Shown here: piece by piece, positions 20,690 to 30,104 of the stretch
Numbering within the stretch: position 1 is the first letter of the stretch
Layout: each line of letters opens with the position of its first letter
From: Octopus sinensis
Taxonomy: Eukaryota
Assembly (NCBI RefSeq): GCF_006345805.1
Contig: NW_021833361.1
Location: 1-30,104 of the forward strand
DNA length: 30,104 nt
Direction of reading: 5' to 3'
Made by a program: the position numbers and the translations under genes
Notes under the pieces: generated by a model
What the model was told of the DNA's origin: nothing
Seen by the model: the letters and a program-made list of their open reading frames with translations, nothing else
The model's database searches: none

Positions 20690-21384
20690 ACATACATACA
20701 TGCAAGCATGCATACATATGTACATGCATTATATATATATATATATATAATATATATATATATGTATATATATTATATGTATTATATATATGTATATATA
20801 TATTATATGTAATATATAAGCGCACTCACACATACACATACGCATACAAGCTCACACACACTCTCGTATATACACACACATATATAAAATATATATTATG
20901 CATGCATGCACACACCACGCACATATATATATATATATATATATATATTACTCATAAGCGAAAACATAAATTCATACAGACATGGAATCAAACACGTCCT
21001 TATGTGTGTGTACGAGTGTGCACATCTGCCTGCATGGATGTATAACATATGCACAGATGTATATGTGCATACACATATACATCCGTACAATCATATACAT
21101 ACATATACATACGTATATATATATTTCTATATCTATATATAAAAATATACATACGTATATCATATCATATATATATATGTATATATATACATTCATACAC
21201 TCACGTACATAAGATGTCATGCACTTTCTATATGTATATATATATGCCTGGTTGTATAAACATATATATATACTAATACATACATACATACATACATACA
21301 TACTACATACATACATACATACATATACATATACATATATATTCTGTGAGAGTACGTGTATATATAATATATATATATATATTA

Positions 21385-21429
<45 letters not shown>

Positions 21430-21450
21430 TTTATATATGTATGCCTCTAT
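20690..21450. repeat. Degenerate TA/CA/TACA-rich low-complexity tract
   Basis: Directly visible. Confidence 0.9.
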
Positions 21451-22317
21451 ATATGTATTTTTATCTTCACTGAATTATGGTGCATTTGTGGGAATTTCTA
21501 TTGTTTTGCAGTCTGCGATTCACCATGACTTTCATCATGCCAAATTACTTGGAACTAACCATCACGATTCTGTGGTTAGAATCATAATGGCACTCACATT
21601 TATAAAAAGACATGAAATACAGCACAGAATGAAAAATCAAGAAATCTATTCTGTCAATGAATGTATTATGGCGGACATTTTGTTTTGGTGTCTTTTGGCG
21701 GTAAAATTCTTTTTCCTTTTCTAATTTTGCTTTTGTTTTTGTTTATTATATTTCAGTTATTTTTTTATCTCCTAATATTTTTCTGTCTGATTTTCATTTT
21801 CTTATTTTTTTTCCCCATTTATGCATATATATATATAATTATTTTGTACATATGGTTTTTTCTTTCGGTTTATTTATATCATCGTCATGATCATTGTCAT
21901 CATCTTGAGCATCATCCCCGTCGACCTCATCGTCACAGTTGTTGCTGCTGATGGCTTTTTAATATTTATTTTTTTGTGATTAACCTATACTCACAGACAC
22001 ACTCACGCACATACATATATATATATATATAAACATACTATGAGACGCACACATGCGCTCGCACACATATGTATGCATATATATCGATGCGTATATATGA
22101 GTTCATATATGCAAATATATATACAAATATATATATATAGATATATATACATATACATATATACACACACATATAGACACACACATACATACATACATAC
22201 AAAAATATATATACATCTGCCAACAATGCTTTCTGTCGTGGCCTGAATCCTGGTCGTTAAATTGAGAGACAAAATATGCTATGCTGAGAGTTTATTGCGA
22301 TTCTTCCTATTGTTGTA

Positions 22318-22329
22318 TTATTGTTGTTG

Positions 22330-22398
<69 letters not shown>

Positions 22399-22492
22399 CA
22401 TTATTATCATCATCGTCATCATCATCATCATCATCATCATTTTTATTATTATTATTACTATTTTTATTATCATTATTATTATCATTATTATT

Positions 22493-22523
<31 letters not shown>

Positions 22524-22712
22524 TATTATTATTATTATTATTATTATTATCATCTTCATCTTTATTATTATTATTACTATTATTATTATTATTATTATCA
22601 TCATCATTATTATCATCATCAGATTATCATTATCATTATTATTATTATTATTTTATTATTATTATTATCATTATCATTACTATTTTTATTATCTTATTAT
22701 ATTATTTAATTA

Positions 22713-22751
<39 letters not shown>

Positions 22752-22790
22752 CATTATTATTTATTATTATTATTATTATTGTTATTATTA
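22318..22790. repeat. (TTA/ATC)n array
   Basis: Directly visible. Confidence 0.95.
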
Positions 22791-22929
22791 TTTCGAAAAT
22801 AACTAACGTTTGAAATTTATGATGACGTCGTTGTATTAAAAGGAAATTTTTACAAGACTAAAAGAATGAAGAATTTATTAGAATGTAAGAATGCAAAATA
22901 GAAAGTGAAAAACCTGTACCTGACATTCG

Positions 22930-22963
22930 CCGTCGTCGTCGTCGTCATTATCATCACCACCAC

Positions 22964-23011
<48 letters not shown>

Positions 23012-23535
23012 TATCATCATCCTCATCATCATCCTCATCATCATCCTCATCATCATCATCCTCATCATCATCATCATCATCATAATCTTCATCAACTTCA
23101 GCACCATAGGTTTCCTAATCATCATCATCGTTATTACATCATCATCATTTTGATCAACATGGCCATCACCGTCATTGTCGTCATCATAATTCTCGTTTCC
23201 ATTTACTTTCATCATAGTCACCCTCATCATCATCATCATCATCAACATAATCAACATCTTCATTATCACAAATCTCGTAATTATCATCATCATCATATTC
23301 TTCTCCGTTATCTCCACCCTCGTAATCATCATCATCATCATCATCATGATCATTAGCATAATCATCATCATCACCATCATCGTCATCATCGGCATCATCA
23401 TCGATATCGTCGTCGTCGTCGTCCTTGCCATCGTGATTATCCTCATAATCTTCATTATCACCATCCTCGTCATCATTATCATCATATTCATTATCATCGT
23501 CAGCGTTCCCGTTAGTAACATCATCATCGTCATCA
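22930..23535. repeat. Cryptic (CAT)n/(GAT)n array
   Basis: Directly visible degenerate triplet repeat. Confidence 0.9.
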
Positions 23536-23539
23536 TCAA

Positions 23540-24150
23540 AAGTCGATCACAGGACTTGTTCATTTTAAGCTTAGTACTTACTCCATTGGTCTGCTCACTG
23601 AATTGCTAAGTTACAGGGACGTAAACACATCAGCAATGGCCCAGTGGTTAGGGCAGCGGACTCGCGGTCGTAGGATCGCAGTTTCGATTCCCAGACCGGG
23701 CGTTGTGAGTGTTTATTGAGCGAAAACACCTAAAGCTCCACGAGGCTCCGGCAGTGGGTGGTGGCGATCCCTGCTGTACTCTTTCGCTCCAACTTTCTCT
23801 CACTCTTTCTTCTGTTCGCCTGCTCACGTAGCCAGCGGGGTGGCGTCATTTAAAGGCTAAAACAATGCGAAACGCATTGTGACCAGCGATGTGTAGCAGC
23901 ATCTGATAGCCTGGTCGGTCACGGTGACGGTGATATATATATATAATATTCTATATAATATATATATATATATATATATATCTACGTGATGGGGTTTCTT
24001 TCATTTTCTGTCTACAAAATCCACTCACAAGGCTTTGGTTGGCTCGAGGCTATAGCAGAAGATATTTGGCCGAAGTACCATGCGGTGTGACTGAACCGGG
24101 GACCTTGTGATCCAGAAGCAAGCTTCTTACGAGGCAGCCACGCCTGCGCT
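23540..24150 (-). mobile_element. Old SINE family A split into 23540-23634 and 23988-24150 by a SINE C insertion
   Basis: Left piece GGACTTG...AGTACTTA...GCTAAGTTACAGGGACGTAAACACATCAGCA and right piece AATCCACTCACAAGGCTTTGG...GCCACGCCTGCGC are successive parts of the family-A sequence. Confidence 0.75.
23633..23934 (+). mobile_element. Full-length tRNA-derived SINE (family C)
   Basis: A box TGGCCCAGTGG, B-box-like GTTTCGATTCC; the 3' end is shared with 6709-6828. Confidence 0.85.
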
Positions 24151-24639
24151 GCTTCTGTATACATAAATAAACAATATTGAGTCTATATATTTATCATAAC
24201 TTTATTGTCTAATACGAGTATAACGAAGAGAAACAGAATTTTAGAGGAGCGAGGATTTGCTTGTTAGTCACGATGTGACAGACAACGTTGTTGTGGTGTA
24301 ATGATTGTCTGTGTATGACAGAAAAGAGGGCAAGGCACTTCGTGAAGACAAAGAGACAACAGAAACCAATCGAAGAATCCATAAAGGCATACACCATTGT
24401 TAAAAGAACCAACGGCTGACAAAAGTCTTAGCTATTTTCCCTCTGTTTCTATACAGAAAGGAAATCTCAGAAATAACCTAAGATTATTTAAAGGACGGCT
24501 TTAAATAAAGCACCAATGAAAATGTCTCGAATTGTAAAAGACAAACGAAATATATTCTTTGGAATAGAAATGTGTATTGAATGGAATTAGTGACAACACT
24601 AAGAACAATCGTAATAATGCTGCTGCTACATCCACTAAT

Positions 24640-25175
24640 ATTAACATTGCCACCATCACATCCACTACTGCCGCCGCCGCCACTGACACGACTTCCACAA
24701 CCACCGGCACCACCAGTACCAATCCCGCCCCCCCCCACCATCAATACTACTACTACCACCACCACCACCTCCACCACCACCACCACTACTACTACTACAA
24801 AAATAACAATAACAACAGAAATAATAATAATAGTAATGATAATGATAATAATAATAATAATGATAATAATAATGATAATAATAATAATGATAATAATAAT
24901 AACAATAATAATAATAATAATGATAATAATGATAATAATTGATATGATAATAATAATGATAATAATAATGCTAATTATGATAATAATAATAATAGTAATA
25001 AAATAATAATAATCTTATAAGAATAATGATTCATGATATATGATGGATGAATGATGACTATGATAATATAAAATGATGATGATAATGATGATAATAATAA
25101 TATCATAATAATAATGATAATAATAATAATGAATAATAATATAATAATGATATAATAATGATATGATGATGATAC

Positions 25176-25228
<53 letters not shown>

Positions 25229-25236
25229 TAATAATA
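24640..25236. repeat. (ACC/ACT)n then (AAT/GAT)n arrays
   Basis: Directly visible. Confidence 0.95.
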
Positions 25237-25304
25237 AACAAGCACAGAAAAAGCTAGGCGCATGAACCCCGTGCCAAACTGCGGCCTTAGTTATTCTGAA
25301 TAAT

Positions 25305-26066
25305 AAATGGCAAAAACCTCTCTATGGCAAATACCCAAAGAGAGCGAATAATGCAGATATTGACAAGGCCCTGACCCATCGATGGCTAATGGCATATGGC
25401 TTAAAATCTGAAGCAGAGGGGTTTATCATAGCAGTTCAAGATCAATGCCTACCAACAAGAAACTACCAGGCCAACATATTAAAGAACGGCAGTAGCCCAA
25501 CATGTCGTGTATGCCGACAACAAAATGAAACCATTGATCATGTTGTCTCCAAATGCAGTCTTCTAGCGCCTACAGAGTACCTCCAACAGGCATGATAGAG
25601 CTGCACAATATATTCACTGGGTAATTTGCAAAACCTGGATTTGCCCCATGAAAAAAACTGGTGGGGACACAATCCACCTCCAGTGCTTGAAAATGACCAC
25701 ATCTCACTCCTCTGAAACTTCACCATTCAAACTGACAGGAAGATAGATGCAAATAGGCCAGACATCATATTGAAAGACTTCAGACAAAGAACATGCCTCC
25801 TCATTGATTGACTGTCCCAATCGATATAAACGTATCTTCAAGACCTACCAAAAACTGAGGCAAATATAAAGATCTTGAAATATAAGATCAGCAAAATGTG
25901 GAAGCTGAAGACTAAACAATACCTGTTGTCATAGGTGTCCTGGGAATGATAGCGAAAGGACTGATTGCTACCTAACTCAGATACCAGGAACCCCCAAAAT
26001 GGCAGAAATTCAAAAGATAGTGCTCATGGAACTGCTCATATCCTACGCCAAATACTCTCTATGTAA
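25305..26066 (+). pseudogene. C-terminal CCHC knuckle and restriction-like endonuclease (PD-D/ExK) of an R4/Dong-type ORF, frameshifted
   Basis: KWQKPLYGKY...GLKSEAEGFIIAVQDQCLPTRNY...CRVCRQQNETIDHVVSKC...RHDRAAQYIHW...TIQTDRKIDANRPDIILKD...CLLID...KYKDLEI...IPVVIGVLG...IQKIVL..TAHILRQILSM*. Confidence 0.88.
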
Positions 26067-26297
26067 TCCCAAGTTAAAACAAATTTTTTTTATTTAATTT
26101 TTTTTTATTTTTTATTTATTTTATTTTTTTATTTAATTTTTTTTTATGTATTAGACATCACTAGTACAACACCCCCCCCCCACAAAAAAACCCCAAATAT
26201 ATGGCACAGAACTTCCACCTGTTGTCCCTCTTGAGGTCTCTGGGTGAGACTTGGAGCCAACTTGTACAGACATAAAGCAAAAGTCAAACATAGAATG
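25305..26297 (+). mobile_element. 5'-truncated R4/Dong-like non-LTR retrotransposon (RLE clade) between (AAT)n arrays
   Basis: Coding remnant to the TAA at 26064-26066, then a 3' UTR ending GAGGTCTCTGGGTGAGACTTGGA...AAAAGTCAAACA and (AAT)n to ~26388. Confidence 0.85.
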
Positions 26298-26342
26298 ATA
26301 ATAATAATAATAATGATAATAATAATGATAATGATGATGATG

Positions 26343-26389
<47 letters not shown>

Positions 26390-26392
26390 CTG

Positions 26393-26445
26393 AGAGTTAC
26401 CTTGCAATCTAGATGTATTGCAAAAGTTGGCATTACTGGGAACAA
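26393..26445 (+). mobile_element. Tiny second RLE-LINE C-terminal fragment
   Basis: ELPCNLDVLQKLALLGT resembles the conserved LQKxxLLGT end motif; the match is short. Confidence 0.45.
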
Positions 26446-26483
26446 GACTGGAAAAAACGGAACAATGTTACACAAATACAATA

Positions 26484-26528
<45 letters not shown>

Positions 26529-26787
26529 ATATATTATATATATATATATATATGAATTATAATAATAAGTGGATAAAATCGTTAAAAGTTTCATCAGTAT
26601 CCAGCATATAAATTAGACCAATTAAGGTGAAAGCATATGTATAATCATAATTAAAGGCATAGAAAAATTTTGCCTATATGCTGAAAAGAGACGCTAAATC
26701 ATCTAACCACTTTAAATCATCACCAAAATTACGCATCTACTGAAATCGAGGGAGTAAGCTAATGGGAATTCATAAAAATACAGTTAT

Positions 26788-26841
26788 CTCTGGATTGATC
26801 AATTTCTGGATTAGCCTAATGGCTTTTTCTCGTCAACAGAG
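26788..26841 (-). ncRNA. Decayed type I hammerhead ribozyme (third family)
   Basis: Minus strand: stem I CUCUG/CAGAG; core UUGACGA-G (C3 to U); GCC-AUUA-GGC hairpin in stem II; GAAA; palindromic stem III AUUGAUCAAU; AUC site. The stem II closing pair is displaced by an extra A. Confidence 0.45.
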
Positions 26842-26871
26842 CATGCTGTAGGAAATAAATGGTATGTATGT

Positions 26872-26940
26872 TTGTATGTATGTATGTATGTATGTATGTA
26901 TGTATGTATGTATGTATGTATGTATGTATGTGTGTATGTA
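26872..26940. repeat. (GTAT)n microsatellite
   Basis: Directly visible. Confidence 0.95.
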
Positions 26941-27140
26941 TATATAATGATAATAATAATTATTATTATTATGATTATATATATATATATATAGATATAT
27001 ATTATTTGAGGAATATAAATCCAAACTTATAGGGAAAAAAATTCAATTTAGAAATACTAAATCAAATGTCACACAACATTATTTATATATATATATATAT
27101 ATAGTATATATCTATTATATCTATATATATATATATATAT

Positions 27141-28254
27141 TGATAAAACGGTAAGATAACAAAAGAAAGAAAGAGACCTCAATATTATGTAATAGAGGAA
27201 ATTTTATCTATACATTATGTTACATTACTCGTAGTCAAGATAAAACTCTGAGTTTCAGATGCCGAAGTGGAAATCCACAACACCATCTCTTCGTATCTGG
27301 CTATTTTAAACGTTATGAAAAAATACCGTTAGATAAAGGGAAATTACTCTGTTATAACTCTGCTTGCCTGCGTACTTATACATCGCTCGCATTTTTCGTC
27401 ATAAAAATTATATAAAAATACATAAAAAATATATAAAAATATAATAAAAAATATTAAATTCTTCTTGGGACATAACATAGAAAGCATGTTCTATCTGTTT
27501 TCTTTAAGGGACCAAAACGTAACAGAACTTAGTCACATGTGGGCATGATCCGAAAAGCTCTGTCCTTGTATTTAGACATGTAGTAGGGTCTAAGCGCTGC
27601 TTTCCAGATAAGCCATCTCTCCATGTCGCATAGACGCAGCCCTTCCGCTGCCGTTAGTATAGGGCTTACATCTGGCCAATCTTCCATTGTATGTTATAAT
27701 CGACACCTTTATCTCTAAAGACCAAATATGATTAGACATTGTGTCGCTTTTCTTTGTTCCCGTGCCTAAAGCTCAAGTGTGGTTATTGAACCTGGCCTTG
27801 AAATTACCCTCTGTAAGGCCCACGTATTTCTTCTTCGTCGCAACGGTTGGTCTTTAGTGGTTATAGAGTTTACGGTAGCTTCATATATGATGGTCTTGGA
27901 CATGCAAGCTCCATTTAGCGGGCACAATTCTTTATTCCTGCATGAACAGCTGTTAGTTGAACTAAAACTAATTTTTAAATTGTGTCTATTGAAGAGTTTC
28001 CTATAAGTATGGTTAACTGGAAAATGTCTATCTATCAGTGCTAGGAAATATTTACCTATATTGAAGGCCACCTCGGGTGAGTAAGGGGGCGTAAACCAGA
28101 TGACCTTCCTATTTCTATTATTCCTTTTCTTTACTGTTGGGCTAGTGATAGGTGTATATTTTATTTTATCGCTAAAACCACTATCTTTTAAAGCCTTATT
28201 ATAAACTGGGGCAACACTATTGAAGATTTCCTCATCATATGAGAGGCTAGAAAT
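27141..28254 (-). mobile_element. Penelope-like element (PLE), 5'-truncated left copy
   Basis: Minus strand reads ISSLSYDEEIFNSVAPVYNKALKDSGFSDKIKY...RKVIWFTPPYSPEVAFNIGKYFLALIDRHFPVNHTYRKLFNRHNLKISFSST-CSCRNKELCPLNGACMSKTIIYEATV, i.e. PLE RT C-terminal extension, Cys linker and GIY-YIG. A 3' UTR and (TA)n follow. The 27141-27208 extension is inferred. Confidence 0.9.
27232..27303 (-). ncRNA. Variant hammerhead in the PLE 3' region, left copy (2-nt deletion at the core start)
   Basis: Reverse complement of 29078-29151, but reads AGAUA-CGAAGA instead of AGAUAA-CCGAAGA. Confidence 0.45.
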
Positions 28255-28850
28255 CCGAGGTGGCCTTCAATATAGGTAAATATTTCCTAGCACTGATAGA
28301 TAGACATTTTCCAGTTAACCATACTTATAGGAAACTCTTCAATAGACACAATTTAAAAATTAGTTTTAGTTCAACTACCAATTTTAAAAACATAATCAAA
28401 CATAACATACAAAAAAACAAGAAGAAAACAGCTGTTCATGCAGGAATAAAGAATTGTGCCCGCTAAATGAGCTTGCATGTCCAAGACCATCATATATGAA
28501 GCTACCGTAAACTCTATAACCACTAAAGACACCGTTTCGACGAAGAAATACGTGGGCCTTACAGAGGGTAATTTCAAGGCCAGGTTCAATAACCACACTT
28601 TGAGCTTTAGGCACTGGAACAAAAGAAAAGCGACACAATTGTCTAATCATATTTGGTCTTTAAGAGATAAAGGTGTCGATTATAACATACAATTGAAATT
28701 TTGGCCAGTGTAAGCCCTATACTAACGGCAGCGGAAGGTGCGGTCTATGCGACATGGAGAGATGGCTTATCTGAAAAGCAGCTTAGACCCTACTACATGT
28801 CTAAATACAAGGACAGAGCTTTTCGGATCATGCCCACATGTGACGTAAGT
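28255..28850 (+). pseudogene. PLE RT C-terminus and GIY-YIG endonuclease remnant (Cys linker, Neptune-like)
   Basis: IIYEATV...KKYVGLTEGNFKARFNNHTLSFRH...QLSNHIWSLRDKGVDYNIQ...KPYTNGSGRCGLCDMERWLI...CLNTRTELFGSCPH, with frameshifts and stops. Confidence 0.9.
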
Positions 28851-29077
28851 TTCTGTTCCGTTTTTGTCCCCTAAAGCAAACAGATAGAACATGCTTTCTA
28901 TGTTACTTCCCAAGAAGAATTTATAATTTTTATATATTTTTTATATATTTTTTATTATGTTTTTTATATAATTTTTATGACAAAAATGCGAGCGATGTAT
29001 AAGTACGTAGGCAAGCAGAGTTATAACAGAGTAATTTCCCTTTATTTTAACGGTATTGTTTTCATAACGTTTTCAAA

Positions 29078-29151
29078 TAGCCAGATAACCGAAGAGATGG
29101 TGTTGTGGATTTCCACTTCGGCATCTGAAACTCAGAGTTTTATCTTGACTA
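29078..29151 (+). ncRNA. Variant type I hammerhead ribozyme in the PLE 3' region
   Basis: Stem I AGAUAA(29083-88)/UUAUCU(29140-45), extendable with a bulge; core CCGAAGA (U4 to C); stem II GAUG/CAUC plus one extra U; GAAA(29127-30); stem III ACUC-A-GAGU; GUU site, cut after 29139. Confidence 0.6.
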
Positions 29152-29394
29152 CCGAGTAATGTAACATATTGTATATATATATATATATATATAAATTAGA
29201 AAAAAAGCCCCACCTTTTATCAATTCAAAGTGAACAATTAAATTAAACCATCTAGAAAATTACCTATAATAGAAATATTAACATTAAAATAACAATAACA
29301 TATCAATGATTATGTAAATTGCAAAAAAAATAATTAAAACGTATATAATTGGTATAAATACATACATACGTACATTATATATATATATACATAT

Positions 29395-29620
29395 CTTTTA
29401 CTCTTTTACTCTTTTACTTGTTTCAGTCATTTGACTGCAGCCATGCTGGAGCACCGCCTTTAGTCGAGCAAATCGACTCCGGGACTTATTCTTTGTAAGT
29501 CCAGTACTTATTCTATCGGTCTCTTTTGCCGAAACCGCCAAGTAACGGGGACATAAACACACCAGCATCAGTTGTCAAGCAATGCTAGGGGGACAAACAC
29601 AGACACACCAAATACACACA

Positions 29621-29655
<35 letters not shown>

Positions 29656-29818
29656 GGACGGGCCTTCTTTCAGTTTCCGTCTGCCAAATCCACTCACAAG
29701 GCTTTGGTCGGCCCGAGCTATAGTAAAGACACTTGCCCAAGATGCCACGCAGTGGGACTGAACCCAGAACCATGTGGTTGGTTAGCAAGCTACTTACCAC
29801 ACAGCCACTCTGGCGCCT
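29395..29818 (-). mobile_element. Full-length SINE family A
   Basis: Colinear with 9826-10239; (CTTTTACT)n tail; head abuts the (TA)n tract at 29819-29925. Confidence 0.9.
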
Positions 29819-29852
29819 ATATATATATAATATACATATGTATACACGTGTT

Positions 29853-29926
<74 letters not shown>

Positions 29927-30104
29927 GCAAATTTCATTCCTCTAAACTGAAACGCGTTATCTCTTCGCAGATACTTTACTCTGTTTTGGTTTTTACCTTC
30001 GCCATTCACTTCCGCTTTTAGGGCTCACTGCTAAACTAACATCTCACTGTCTCTTTCTCTCTCTGCGCAGTCTCTCTTGGCCTATCACTTTCTGTCTCTG
30101 CTTA

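Larger units (their letters stand above)
28255..29175 (+). mobile_element. Penelope-like element, right inverted copy (5'-truncated 178 nt further downstream)
   Basis: Reverse complement of 27209-28076. Keeps ~50 nt (28378-28427) that the left copy lacks. Ends in (TA)n. Confidence 0.9.

Noticed and set aside
24457-24504. Strong acceptor TTTTCCCTCTGTTTCTATACAG followed by KGNLRNNLRLFKGRL* and AATAAA
   Set aside because: Too short to evaluate, with no upstream exon identified; needs RNA-seq.
1647-30021. Most ORFs in the supplied track (poly-I/L/Y/M, YIHT, CVCV, IYLS repeats)
   Set aside because: They are translations of di-, tri- and tetranucleotide microsatellites, open in several frames and on both strands.

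Overview
This is AT-rich, repeat-saturated eukaryotic (animal) DNA. The SINE families, extreme microsatellite load and TTAGGG motifs point to a coleoid cephalopod, probably Octopus; this is inferred from pattern recall, not a database search. No host gene could be identified, and nearly all ORFs in the supplied track are microsatellite artefacts. The window holds a Merlin-like MITE family carrying telomeric repeats (4 copies, one with an 8-bp TSD), four tRNA-derived SINE families, RTE and R4/Dong-like LINE 3' remnants, a mariner derivative made of two 5' halves, and at least seven fold-back structures. The main signal is a set of hammerhead-ribozyme (HHR) elements. (1) At 16829-18135 a non-coding element carries a near-canonical type I HHR in both arms of a head-to-head inversion. 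Its plus-strand part (17373-18132) looks like exactly one circularly permuted ~760-nt monomer, suggesting a retrozyme-like circular RNA. (2) At 27141-29175 a Penelope-like element (RT C-terminus plus GIY-YIG) has the same head-to-head layout and a variant HHR in each arm. (3) A third, decayed HHR lies at 26788-26841. The two unrelated head-to-head elements have almost identical unpaired spacers (177 and 178 bp). Assembly artefact in these palindromes is not excluded.
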